Notes under the pieces: model-generated
What the model saw: only the letters and a program-made list of their open reading frames with translations
Told to the model about the DNA's origin: nothing
The model's database searches: none
From: Camelus dromedarius
Taxonomy: Eukaryota
Direction of reading: 5' to 3'
Length of the DNA stretch: 64,000 nt
NCBI RefSeq assembly: GCF_036321535.1
Contig: NC_087437.1
Coordinates: 31,436,001 to 31,500,000, forward strand
Position numbers and translations under genes: made by a program
Shown here: piece by piece, positions 25,310 through 38,908 of the stretch
How positions within the stretch are numbered: position 1 is the stretch's first letter
How the letters are laid out: the number at the start of each line of letters is the position of its first letter

Positions 25310-27052
25310 CACCTAGTAACAGCTTCAAAATATATGAAGTGAAAACTAACAGAACTGCAAGGGAAAATAGACAAAGCCATAATTATGGTCAGAAATTTCA
25401 ATACTTTTAGCTCAATAATCAACTGGTCAAGAAGACAGGAAATTAAGGACATAGAATACCTGAACACCACCAACTTGACCTAATTGAATCTGTAGACTGT
25501 TCCACCCAACAGTAGCAGAATACACATTCTTTCAAGTGCACACAGAATAATCATCAAGCTAGACCATATAGATCATTAAACAAGTCTTAAGTTGAAATCA
25601 GAGGATATTCTCTGACTATAAGGTAAATTAATTAGAGGTCAGTAATAGAAAGGTAACTGGAAAATCCCTAAATATTTGGAAATTACAATGCACGTGTCTA
25701 AACCTATGCATCAAAGAAGAAACACAGGGAAGTTAGAAAACGTCTTAAACAGAATGAAAGTGAAAGCACAACAATCAAAATTTGTGGGATGCAGCAAAAG
25801 CAATTCTTAGAGGTTTATACCTTTAAAGGCTTATATTAGAAAATGAGAGAAGTACAACAGTATCAACAAAGCTTTCGACTTAAACTATGAAAGAGGAGAG
25901 TTTAAACCAAAGTCAGCAGAAAGAAAGAAATAATAAGAATAAGAGCATAAATCAGTAGAATCAAGTAAACCAAAAGCTGTTTTTTTTTTTAAAGATTAAT
26001 AAAATCAATAAAGAAGAAAGACACCAATATTAGGAACCAAAGAGGGGACATCACAACAGATTCTATAAATATTTAAAGCATAATAAATTAATAAAAACAC
26101 CTTCGTCAATAAATTTGACAGCTTAAGTGAAATGAACAACAACAAAAAAGGCTAGTATCCAGAATATGTAAAGTACCCTATAGCTCAGTAGGTGAAGATA
26201 AAACAGTCCCAAAAAACAAGGGGCAAATGATCTGAACTTCACAAAAGATGATATAAGAATGGCTAGTAAACACATGAAAAGATGCTTCATATCATTAGTC
26301 TTCAGGGAAGTGAAAAGTAAAACCACAATGAATCACAACATATCCATTAGAAAGGCTAAAATTAATAAGACCGACAACACCGACTGTTGGCAAGGATGTT
26401 GAGCAACCAGAGCTGTTATACTTGCTGGTGGAACCATAAAATGCTACAACTGCTTTGAAAATTAATTGGGTAGTTTCTTTAAAAGTTAAACATACACTTA
26501 CCATACAGTCCACCAATGCCATTTGTAAGTATTTACCCAGGACAAATGAAAATATGTATGGGTATGTATCTATACATGAATGTTTGCAGCAGATTTATTC
26601 ATAGTTGTCAAAGCTGCAAATAAACCAAATGTCCATCAACATAGGAAATGATAAATCATGGAATATCCATACAATGAAATATTACTCAGCTATTAAAAGG
26701 AGCTACTAATGCAACAATATCAATGATCTTCAAGTAGTATACTGAGCAAAATAAACTAAATGTAAAAGAGTACATACTGTATGATTCTATTTACATGGAA
26801 TTCTAGAAAGGCAGAACCTAGTTACAGAAAGCACATTTGTGGTTGCCTTAAGACTAGAGATTGTGGGTGCTCTAGGAAGCATACATAGACTGCAAAAGGG
26901 TACAAGTGAACATTTTAGGGTGATGAAATGTGCTGTTTCTTGTATGGTTGTAGCATGGTTGTATTCACTTGTTTAAACTCATGAAGCCATACCTTAATTT
27001 GAGTGCATTTTATTTTACGGAAATTATACCTCAATAAAACTTTTTCTAAAAA
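25310..27052 (+). mobile_element. Old L1M element with internal deletion (ORF2 endonuclease-region remnant joined to the 3' end)
   Basis: gcagaatacacattctttcaagtgcacac and tttgtgggatgcagcaaaagca (5' ORF2), then aaatgtccatcaac and ttatacctcaataaa (3' end). Confidence 0.8.
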
Positions 27053-27529
27053 AGTTACAGATAGTGCTTTAGGGGAACACACACTGAAACTATTCAGCCT
27101 GGGTTGGAAACCCAGCTCCAACTCTTACTAGCAGTGTAACCTTGGCCAAGCTACTTAATCTCCCTTTGCCTCAGTTTTATCATCCATAGCATCGGGATGA
27201 TAGTACCTACCTCATAGGATTGTTGTAGGGGTTAAGTGAATTAACATACCTAAAGCTCTTAGATCAGAGGGCACGTATTAGTATTATTACTGATGTTTTC
27301 ATTGGTCACTTGTCCATCCACAGAAAGGCATAAATATTCAAAAATGAGCCACTCCCTCCATTCACTTTTGTTCATCATCTGCTGTTCATTGTTCATCTCA
27401 AATATCAAGCATGGGGCGATAAACATGGTGGGTACCTGATAAATATTTTTTTTTAGTGGATGAACTATTTATTTAATGAATAAGCAGTTATTCAACATGT
27501 TGCATAAAATATACCTAGTGATACAGGTT

Positions 27530-27670
27530 TTCTGTTTAGAGTAATGAAAACATTTTGAAAATAGATAGTGGTGATGGTTATACAACATTGTGAATGTAGT
27601 TAATGCCACCGAATTTTATGGTTAAGATGGCATATTTCATGTTGTGTGTATTACCACAATAAAAAAAGAA
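27530..27670 (+). mobile_element. L1M 3' terminus
   Basis: gatagtggtgatggttatacaacattgtgaatgtagttaatgccac ... taccacaataaaaaaa. Confidence 0.75.
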
Positions 27671-29349
27671 ACTTTTAATGTCTAATGAAATACTTACAGC
27701 TTTGGACTCCAGCTTTGCAGAAGCTACATATAACCACAGAAGAGTCACTACAGTTGTTTTGTCTGTGGCTAAAATGTGGAGGAAAATATTCACTTGTAAA
27801 GTTCTTTAAAGTCTTAAGATGGGGATGTTTGTGAACTTCTTGATAGGAAAAAAGGTGTATTAAGAACCAAAAAAGCTTGCTCTATCAACCATTTGTCTAG
27901 TAAGATAAAATTTCCACCTACTAACAAAAGCTATAAAAATACAGAAGTATCAGCACCTGTTAGCAAAATTATGAATTGAAATATCTTGAGTTTCGGTGTT
28001 AACTTGCTCAATAATTTTATAATCAACATTCCTCTTCTTCAGAACTTTTGTAACATGATTTGCTTTCATATCTTGAACACCTCTATAAAAATACTGATTT
28101 TGTTGATGTGGTCAGTTTTTAGGAAATGTTCTCAAAATGACAGCTTGAAAAATATCATTAGTTTATCATAGGCACTTTTAAAGTATATGAATAAATGTTC
28201 ATTTTATGGATATAAAATACTTACATGTTCTTCCTTCCCTTGGTGGAAATTGCTTAAGAACTCATGGCGCCTAAAATGATTAAAATTACATAACAAGTAC
28301 GGAAGAAAAACAGTTTTAGTCATCAAATTAGTTTTGACTAGTATGTAGTGTTACTTCCTATCATAAAGACAGAATTAAGAGATATCCAGTAGTTCCATGA
28401 AAAACAAAAGTTTTAGTCATTTCTTCTCGATTTCTCTCTATAATGTTGCATGGCAACCATTGGAAAACGAGGAGGTGTGTTAGATTTTGTGGTGGCATCT
28501 GCCATGATGTACAGCTATGTCTCTTACGTATTTTGGCGCTGGTAGACTATCAAAACCTTGATTATTTTATTATCAAAATGCCACAATGGTAAGAGTTTCT
28601 CTTCCCCAAGGAATCTGATTCACCCTACAGTTACTAAACAGCAAAGAGTCTCAGGGAGACTTTTATGAAGAAAAAAGATACATAAAACATGTATTATTTT
28701 CTTTGCTAAATACATGTGCTAAAACTTTGAATGGAATACCTGAAGGGAGTTTGTAAGATATTTGAAATATTTCAAAAAGCCTAGTGAAAATTCAGTCAAT
28801 AAAAGCTACCTGACCCTACTTTTGGCTTGCATTTTTATAGTTTGCTGATTAAATAATCTAATTAGGTGTTGTATAGTCTAATTAAGGGAATACATATGAT
28901 TAAAAATGGAAGAGTAAATTATTGCATATGATACATGTAGTTTGTTTACTAGACAATTAAAAAAATATGAGGTCCTTGAGGGAAAAATATAATGAAACAA
29001 ATACTTGGTGATGAAAATGTTGGGAACCACAAGTCTAAACTAATCATTTAGCAATTAATCATCTTTCCATACTGCTGCTGCTTTTGTGAGTATTTATTAT
29101 TTATTCATGATTTATACCATACCTTTTTCTGAAAGAATTTAAAGTGTCTCGTGCTATCTAAATATTATTCTTACCTGCCCAGTGAGACTGTAGCATCCTT
29201 AAGGAAAAGCAGCAGCAGTCTTAGGTATCCTTATGAACGTCATTCTGGTTTTCTAATAGGCATTTTCTGGCCTAGACTGAGTGGTTTCCGCTTGTCCTAC
29301 TCATTGACCAATGGGTTCTTGGTAGAATTTTCTAGTCAGATCCATTTGT

Positions 29350-30480
29350 TGCCCTCATTCAAGAAGACTTAGTGAGAGCCTGCTATGTGTCAATTACTGT
29401 ACTTAATGTCAAGTGTAATCAGGTGACGGGAATACACATAAAAAGTAGGCAGTGTGTGTTCAAGGCAAAGGGAACAGTTTATGCAAAAGCCCTGAGGGGG
29501 AAAGAACTGAAAGGACAAGGAGTTTAAGCTCTGTGGCTAAGAAGAGAACGGAATGAGATGAGCTTGGAGAGGCTAGCAAAAACCAAATCATGCGTGGCCT
29601 TGTAGACCATAGTAAGAAGTTGTTAAAAATTTACTGTTTGGGTGATGTGGTTGGCGTGAGGGTGACGATGGCAAGAGGTATATCAGAGAAATCAGTATAG
29701 AGGCCAGGTGTTGGCTTAGACCAAAGTGGTAGAAGAGAAGTATGTTTGAGGTTTTTGTGAAGGTAGAAATGACAGGGCTTACTGATGGATTAGATGTAGT
29801 TGATGAGGGAAAGGGAGAAGTTTCTGGCTTGTGCAATTACACGAAATTGAATGGTACTTACTGAGACAGGAAGACCGGGGAAGGACAGGTTGAGCTTGGA
29901 GACTTTGAAAGGGAACCAGGAGTTTGATTGGGGTTATGTTGTGTTGGAGATGCCTGAGAAGCATTGAGGGAGAGATAGTAAGTTAGTAATTACATTTACT
30001 CACCTGGAGCCTACTGGGTGTGTGGTTGATCAGTGTATATTAATGGTATTTAAAGATATATCAGAAGAACTCCATATTTTCGAGATTGAAGAGGAGAGTG
30101 TAAGAAGATGAAGGAACAGGGAAGGGAAGTAGAAAGAAATATATAATGTACCAGAGGTCAAGAGAAGAAAATGGTCAGCTGAGGAGTGGGCTGCTTGAGT
30201 GCTACTGAGAAGTGAGCCTGCAGAGAATAAAGTGCCCATTAGTTCAGACAACAAGAAGTTTGGGAGAGCATGACAGAGGTGAGCAATGTGAGACAGTACA
30301 AGTAGATAACTGTTTTGGGAGATTAGGAGAGCATATAAAAAGGAATTTCAAGAGGAGGAGATAGATTTGGGGATGGGAGATGGGATAGAGATGAACTAAG
30401 ATTTTAGATACAGTGAGTTTCAGGTAGCTGCAGAACATTTGAGTGAAAATATCTTGCAGATGGATTACTATTTGAGAATA
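29350..30480 (-). mobile_element. L2 fragments
   Basis: Purine-rich L2 reverse pattern, e.g. atggattagatgtag and ggagtttgattggggttatgttgtgttggagatgcct. Confidence 0.55.
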
Positions 30481-31511
30481 CAGTTTGGAACCATGTGTAT
30501 GTAGCCAAAGCTGGGACAGGAATCTCTGGCCCAGACGCCCTTTTAACACAGCCTGCCCACTCACTCAGTCCACGTACAAGGTCCTGATGTGAAAGGGGAG
30601 AGTTAGCATATCATCTCTCTTCCAGACGTAAGTTTTGGACTACTCACCTCAGCCAGTAACCACTGACTTCATCCTCTGGAATCTACAAGCCACCTTAGTA
30701 GCCCCTTACATGGCCCCTTGGTTTTGTTTCTGTAAGCTAAATTTCTAAGTAGCATTTCTGGGCCGCAAGATGTGTCTTGATCCAACATGTCAGAGGCAGC
30801 TGTGCAGCCTCTAAAGGATTGTAGGAGGTCGGAGAAAGCTGAATGTATGCTGTCTCTGTTCCTGCTCTGAGTGGTACCTTATTTCTGCTTGGTTTCTGTA
30901 GCCTTTGCTAAATAAATCAGGATGTTAATCTTTCCTGGGGACAGTTAGTGTGGTCTCTTGAGCCATGGAATGGCCCAAGACTTCCTTTCAATATTGGGAA
31001 GAAGAGAATAGCTATGAAAATCAGAGGAAGTGGGAGGACTTGGGGAAGTGGAACCCATTATGTATGATTGCTGGGAAGTTTTCTCAGCACTTTGGTGAAG
31101 ACTTAAGATTCCTCATGGGAATGCTTTCCTGTGAGAGTTAGCATGCAGGTATATTTCACAGGCTTCTTTTCCTTTTTTTTTTTTTTTTTCCAAAATAACT
31201 TTAACATACACCTACTCAAATAAGCTACCCATCTTATATAAACTGACTCATTTGTCAATAATAAGTGCAGAAGCCAGTGTGGGGGCTGACTATTCCATCA
31301 AGAACACAAAATGTATTGTATTTCAGCTTAAGCATGTCAAGAAGCAGTGAACTTTTTCTTGTTCTTATGACATCCACTGACTTACCTGTGGTTTTTCTGT
31401 ATCCCGAGAGAGACTGTAAGTTTGGTACAAAGGGAACAGGGACACAGCGTGAGCAGAACACAATAGAGAAGGTTTATGGTACACCGAGAAAGGATACCTC
31501 GTTGTACTCAT

Positions 31512-31952
31512 TGTTGTATTAGTTTCCTAGGGCTGTCATAACAAAGTACCCAAAATGAGTGGCTTAAAACAATGGGGATGTATTGTCTGCTGGTTCTGAA
31601 GGCTAGGAGCCTCAAATCAAGGTGTTAGCAGGGCCATGCTTCTTCTGAAACCTGCAGGGGAACTCCTTCCTTTTTCACCTCTTTCTAGCTTCTGGTGGTT
31701 GGCTAGCAGCCTCTGGCATTCGTTGGTTTGCAGCTACATAGCTCTAGTCTCTGCCCTCCTCATCCCGCACGAGGCATTCTGTGTCTGCATATGGCTGCCA
31801 TGAACATGCCCTCCTCCAGTGTGATCTCATCTTAACTAATTACATCTATTTCCAAATTTCTGTCACCCTATTTCCAAGTTCACAGTCTAAAGTACTAGCG
31901 ATTAGGACTTCAACGTATCTTTTTTTGAGGAGACACGATTCAGCCCATAACA
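31512..31952 (-). mobile_element. Complete MaLR (MLT1C-like) solo LTR
   Basis: TG...CA termini, tgtattagtttcctagggctgtcataacaaagtac ... attcagcccataaca; 5-bp TSD ctcat at 31507-31511 and 31953-31957. Confidence 0.8.
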
Positions 31953-34059
31953 CTCATGTTCACAGGGGAAGAAGGGTGGGGGAAGGAAAAGTGATAGTGA
32001 TGGATAATGAGTTGGTAGGCCAGTTGTCCCCACTACTGTTTCCAGACCACTACTTCCCTACCCTCTTATAACAAAAAATTGTTTCCAGGGGCCCCTGCTA
32101 TTTGGTTAAACTACCCTCTCTTCCTTTCTTCTGGGAGATACTGTTTTGTACTGAACAGTTACTTCTCTCCTCTAAATATTGGGCGGTGGTTCTCAAATTC
32201 TGCTGTATATTCCAGGTTACCTGGGAACTTGTCAAAATATACAGAAGTCCAAGCCCTATCCTACTTGGACAAGATTGTCTCTGTATCTTCTAATGGCTCC
32301 CTAGAGTTTGAGAACCACTGGCCTTGGGTACATTGTTTGCAGTCTTTCTACCCCAACCTTTGCCAATGTCATGGCTATGTTATCATCCACAAAGATGACT
32401 CAGCCAACACCAGACCTCTCATATCTTGACCTCTTCACACTCAGTGACCTTCTCCTCCACTCCATCAGAGCCAGCCACTTCCACAGCCACACTCTGGACC
32501 TTGTCAGCATTATTTCACTAATGTGGGAAGGCAATGTCTCTTGCCTTCTCCTGGCTTCCTTTCTCAGCCCCTGGCCATCTGGTGGCCACTCCCTCTAGCT
32601 AGTCTTGAAATCTGAGCTAGCTTCCCTCAGGCCCACATCTGGCCCAGGAGAAATACTCATCCACCCCTGTCCCACTGCCGCTAGATGCACTGCTTGCTCC
32701 CAGTGCAGACTTACACCATCACTACCCCTGCCCCCCTCCACCTTCCCATTTGGTCAGAGCTTCTCTTACCAGTCCTTACACTTTTCAAACTTACGGAGGC
32801 ACATTTGAGCTACTCAAGTTGTTCCCTTAAAGTATCTCTCTCACTTGGTTTAAGGAGAGGGGGGAAGAAAAAGCCAACGTACTCCAACAATTCTCCGAAG
32901 AAAACTTGTCTCGGTGTTTCAACTCTAATGCTTGTACACACTCCAGGTGGGTGGATTAAAGGTCACAAAACCAGTCTGACCCTTCTTTGCAAGTCCTGCA
33001 TCAGTGATATAGCCCCCTCATGACATTATCTATTGTTTTCTTCTCAGTCTTTAGGGCTTCAGCCAAAACTAAAACAGAAAAAGCCCCAACTGAACATCCT
33101 GTTTACACAGAACACCACCCCCCAACTTAGGAAATGGCTAGTTTGTTTGTTAAACAATTCTTCCTAGGACCATTTCTTGATCTTAAGGGGACTCTTCTCC
33201 AATTCATGGTCCCACTTACTTTCTCTCATCACTAGCATCCTCCTGCCTCCCTTCATCCCAGGTTAGACTTCATGGTTCATACTCCCAGTAATCCTCTTGC
33301 CAAGACCATTAATTCCCTTGTCTCCTTATCTTTTCCTCACACTGATCTGGAAAAACCTCCAACTTGGATGAATTCAACAGCCTACATCTTCTGTGCCTGC
33401 ATCCAGGCAGCTGTGCACCACAGTTTAGAAACAAAAGGGCAGGTTGATATGACCATAATTTTAAGGTCACTAACTCTGGACCCTTAATGCTGCCAACAAT
33501 TTTGTTATATTTCTTTGGCCAGCTGGCTCTCTTTCTATCTACAAGGGCCATTTCAAGTCTTTTTCACTCTTCTCAACCTCTAATCCCCTACCTTGGTGCT
33601 CATTCTCAGAATATGCCTCATCTTTTATTTCTTGGAGAACACAGAAGTCATCATACTGTAATACCTTCTCCCTAGCAAACTTACTACCCAGCCTACATCT
33701 GCACTCATCCTATTCTCTTTCCCTCCGGTTAGAATAGGAATATTCCTCCTTTGGTCTAAGACCAATGCCCCTGTTTCTCCTTCGGATCCCTTCCCCTCCC
33801 ACCCTCTTAGGAACCATGCACCATTAATTATCCCTTCTTCCATCTGGATTCCTATTGGTATCTAAACAAATTAAAGTTTCCCCTAGCTTAACAAACCTGT
33901 AATAGCTTACACTTATAAAGTAATATTACGAAGTAATTAATGTGTACCACTATTATGCTAAATACTTCATATATGCAACTTATTTAATCATCATATTACC
34001 CTATGAAGTAGGTAGTATTTTTATCTCCATTTTTTAAAAGAGGAAACAGATTCAGAGAA

Positions 34060-34652
34060 GTTGAAATTCGAGTCAAACATAAACAGAGTCATTAGAAGAC
34101 GTAACTGGGAATATTGACACTGCCACCACTAAAAACATTCTAGATATGCAGCCAGGGGAACTGAATGAGGGCAAACGTATCAAGACTAATGAGAAAATGG
34201 TTGTGATGAAAAGATGAAAAAGTCCCAGAGGAAGTGACATTGGCAAAAACTTGACATTAAAAAAACTTTTGGAGATATTTCACCATATTGTAAGTGCAAA
34301 TGATACAAAGCTGATTCGTACTTAGAAAGGCATAGAGGAGATTCCATATAGTTACTTACATGGTCAGAAGAAAAACTGTTTAAACTATTCTTTAAGGTTC
34401 TTACAGTGAAATAAAATAATCTGCAATGTTTCTAATGTTTTAAATTACAGTGCACTAAATGAAAATGGGTTTCACTAGTTTTTCATTTTCCTACATTTAT
34501 AACTGACCATAAGAGTTCATGTTTTGACGAAAATGTTTAAAGGTCATGGAACAATGGTAATTTTCCCCACTGATTATTAAAAATAATTTCCCACAGTTTC
34601 ACTTTACATGGTCATTTTTGAGTCTTTCACTACCATGCAAAGTGAGGACGGC
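34060..34652. mobile_element. TcMar-Tigger family DNA transposon remnant (MER82-like)
   Basis: tagatatgcagccaggggaact...gtcccagaggaagtgacattggcaaaaac and terminal tgcaaagtgaggac; family recalled from memory. Confidence 0.5.
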
Positions 34653-35940
34653 ATATATATACACACATTTTTTTTTGCTTGAAACATTTGAAAATACTCT
34701 ACAGGTATCATGATGCTTCACCCCCAAAACATTTCACATATATCTCTATCTCTTAAGAACAGAACATTCTTCTGTGTAATCACAATACCTCCCTTACCAC
34801 TCTCAAGAAGTTTAACATTGATACTATAATACATCTAATGTTCAATATATATTCAAATTTTTCCAATTGTCTGAATAATATCCTTTATATCATTTTTAAT
34901 ATCCAATATCTGCATAAAGATCAGGCATAGCCTTTAATTTCCTTTAACCTAGAATAGTTCTGCTGCTTTTTAAAAAGATTTTCCTCTCATGACATTGATA
35001 TTCTTTAATGAGTTCTATAGAATGTCCCACCATTTGGATTTGTCTGATTGTTCTCTTATGCTTAGATTTAGATATTTATGTCCTAGAACTCATTTCCTCT
35101 ACCTGTCCTACTCCCACTTGCCAAACAGGGCCCAGGTAGCTTTAGTAAGGTTTGGTGACATTTCTGTAATGCCCTTCTCTCCCTTTTATTCCTTTCTCTT
35201 CCCTTCACCAATCAACCAATAAGTAACGAACCATTCCTCTTCTCTCCAAAAAACAAAACCAAACTACTCTACAACTAACTCCCTCAACACCCGCCCTACC
35301 CCTACATTCTTAAGAATGACTGAAATTCCATCCTCCATTTCCTTCACTCTGTTGTCTCTAGAGGAGTCCCTCTTCCTGCTCCTTGGTTGTTCAAATGGTT
35401 GCACATTCTATCCCAATCAAAATCTACTCTCAAGAGAAGGTTAAAAACCCTTATGCTACAATTGAAATGAATAACAGTTAAAAAAGACACATCTCCCAGG
35501 GGAGGATTTGCCATTTAGCAAAGTTCTGTGGAGATGCCCAGGACATAAGAGAATCTCTAATTTTTTTTGTTGAATTAAATTGCCATATAGTTCAGTGGAC
35601 AAAATTAAACATTTCCAAATCAAATTCTGTCTTCATTAAAGCACTGCTTTCATAGTGATAACTCTTTCTGTTGATAAAATTTCCCATAGGAGAATGCTGG
35701 AGTCTTGGATAATCAGGTGGGCATTTGAAAAAAAATCTTTGAAATATTGTTGTTTTAGTCTTGGCAGATAAAATAATTCTTGTAATGTAATTTTTCTTGA
35801 TGGCTTACCTCACAAACTAGTTTATAAACTTGAATTCAGAGAAGACAAAGTTATGATATCTTAAGGTCTTATTCTCCTGTGACTCCTAACAAATGCCTTA
35901 GCCATATCAGAGTTCAACAGATGATTGCTGAATTCAATAA

Positions 35941-35944
<4 letters not shown>

Positions 35945-35989
<45 letters not shown>
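35945..35989. repeat. (AC)22 microsatellite
   Basis: Read directly; perfect run. Confidence 0.95.
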
Positions 35990-35992
<3 letters not shown>

Positions 35993-38730
35993 TTAACAAG
36001 AACACTACATAGATGATGCTTTTCCTCTTCTGTTCATCATATTGAAAGGAATATAACGTCTGTTAACAGTCATTTGAGTTTGATCATTGGGTTAAGGTGG
36101 TATGTCAGATTTCTCTGTTGTCAGATTACCTCTTTCCTTTTGTTACGAATGAGTAATGTATAAGAAGATACTGGGAGACTATGTGAATGTTTTATTTTCC
36201 AAACTTTCACCCAGTGGTGTTAGCATCTATTGATAATCCTTTCCTTATCAATTATTATTTTAAGTGGTTACAAAATGGTAATTTCCTAATCCTGTCAATC
36301 CATCTACATTTATTACCTGGCATTCTTCTCTAAAGAAGAGATTTACCTCCTCTCTTGCACCCCCTCCACCACTTTTTGAGTATTTTAATTAACTCATGGA
36401 TTCTTTTTCAATACAATATGTTATAATGAATTGCCATTATTATTTTTATCATTCAAATTGCCCTGTTTTGGCCAGTAGGAGGACTTTTAATCTGGCTTCT
36501 GCATCCTTTGACATATCCCATTAGTTTGGAATGCTTATCTGGTTGCTTTTAATTGAATGCCAGATATTGCATTTGGATAATTGTAAAAACAGTTTGAGGC
36601 TTGGAGTAATACTATCTTTCTCTGAGGAGGATTTACATTTGCTTCTGGCAAGAGGTTAAGGCCACTGGCAATCCTAGATCATTTTAATCCAATTGGAGAA
36701 CTTGAGAGGATTTAAAGCTGGGAGGACTGGTCTATTTCTGGTTTACCCTTATTCCCAATGTAGTCTTTGGGTCCCAACCCAAAGCCTGGTGTCATTCCCC
36801 TTGACCCTCCTGGAATTTCAGTTTTTATACCCTTATCCCTATTAGTCTGTTAAAAGTTCTGTTCAGCTTCTCAGCCACCTCTTTGGGAAAAATGGCTTGA
36901 AATGTTCTTACCTCTCTGTTTTCTCTTCAGATCTTATTACCTTAATTCTTCATGTTAGCTCTTGGACTGATTTTTTAAATATTTTTTTCCCAACTTTTGT
37001 GGGTTTTCTGGGTAAGAGTGTTAGACTGAATTACCTAATTCATTACTGGAAGCGAAAGTTCCACCCCAGGTTGACTTTTAAAAATAAAAATGTGGTCACA
37101 TCGTTTTCCTCATTAAAACACTTTAGTGACTGCCTATTTTTCTTCAGAATTCTTAATGAGGTCTGAAGGTCTACATCCCCAAATCATCTCCCGCCTCTCT
37201 GCCTTTCAGTTTCTACTTTCTAGACCCATTTGCTCTTCTTTTGCAAGCCACACTTTCACAACTCTGGCTTTGTACTTGTGGTGCCTGTCTCCTGACCACT
37301 GTTCAGTTCTCCCACCCATTACCCTCTGAGCTAGCTGATGCTCAATTATCAGAGCTCAGTCTAGCGTTTCTTCAACAAGGAAGCCTTCCCTGGCTCCCCC
37401 AGCCTAGGTAGGTCTCAGTCCTGGCACTCTGCTCTTCTTCAAAGCATTTATTAAAGTTTGTAATTCTATGTCCATTTGAATGATTATTTGAGTATTATTT
37501 GTCATCTTTCATATATTATATGGAGGCAGGGATCATGTCTTTTTTGTTCCTCACTACATGCTCAGCAACGTCTTATAGCAGGTATTCAATAAAATAGAAG
37601 AATGAATAAAAAACAACTGTCAATCAACCAGTCCTTTTCTGGGTCACTTATCTATGCAGTTAGCCCATTTATTTCCACCAACAGGTCTGCATCTAGGGTT
37701 TTGTTGATGCAGCTAAAACTTCCTAGCTTTTAACTTCAAAGTCTGATAAACAGTTTCGGTTTCCATTTCTCTTACAGTCACATTAATTTCATGTCCATAG
37801 AATGTTATCTTTAACCAAAGGAACATTGTTTTTTGGCAACATTGCAAAACTTTGAAACTAAGAGGTTTCTTTGGTTTCAATATAAACACACTGATCATTG
37901 AGAAAAAGCCAATTCAGATCTTTGATTTCCAATTTAGTTAACTCTTCAGAAAGTGAAAAATAAAAGTCAGAGTCTCAGGTAGGTAAAGCCAAAATAATAC
38001 AGCAAATCATGTTGCAAATATTTTGTTTAATATAGATTTCCATGGTAGAGTAAATTTCCATCTGTTTTGCATTTGAAAATAAAAAACAGCTGCTTTTTTA
38101 AAGTTTGTAGGCAAGAAGTCAATAAATAATGGGAACTCTAATTGGTACTATAGGTTTTTGTTTTAAAACCAGACTGGGCTTACATTACTAGAAACTTGCA
38201 TGTGCTTGTACCAGTTTTTAATTTTCATATTGTAATATGCCCAACTTGGACTTGGCTATTTTTCTTTCTTTAAACACATAGAACTTACAAATGTCAACTG
38301 TTTCTTTAACCTCAAATTAATTTTTCATTCAGTCAGCTTCCCCAAATGGGGTCTTCATTGACCAGGTTAGGTAATAGGAATTGTAAATTAGCTTAGTTTT
38401 TATAGGGATTACACCTTGCCTCTGCTGGAGAAATATGAAATGAATGAACACACTGGGCAACACCTCACTTTCAAGCTTTGTGAAAAATAAAGCTTCCTTC
38501 TCTACAAATGCAGAATACAGCCCAGTACTCTTTGTAAAAGGCACACATTTAAGCCCTCCTAATTAAGCGTCACATCAAATGGAGGATCCAGTATGTTCAC
38601 TACATAGGTTTAGAAATGGGGTATTCTTAAGTATGACAGCAAAGCTGTCCCAACTTTTCCCCTAAACTCTAGTCTTCATTATCTAACTGCCTACTAACCA
38701 TCACCTCTTGGATATCTAATATATCTCACT

Positions 38731-38908
38731 TTTTAAAAAATTTTATTGAAGCATAGTCAGTTTACAATGTTGTATCAATTTCTGGTGTATAGCATAATGT
38801 TTCAGTCATATATGAACATACATGTATTTGTTTTCATATTCTTTTTCACCATAGGTTATTACAAGATATTGAATATAGTTCCCTGTGCTATACAGTATTA
38901 ACTTGTTT
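38731..38908 (-). mobile_element. Short L1 3'UTR fragment nested in an L2 (~38670-39960)
   Basis: ttttattgaagcatagtcagtttacaatgttgt...gttccctgtgctatacag; both flanks are L2-like. Confidence 0.7.

Noticed and set aside
30490..30990. Possible ERV-type LTR
   Set aside because: LTR-like composition and an AATAAA are present, but I could not define termini, a TSD or a family.
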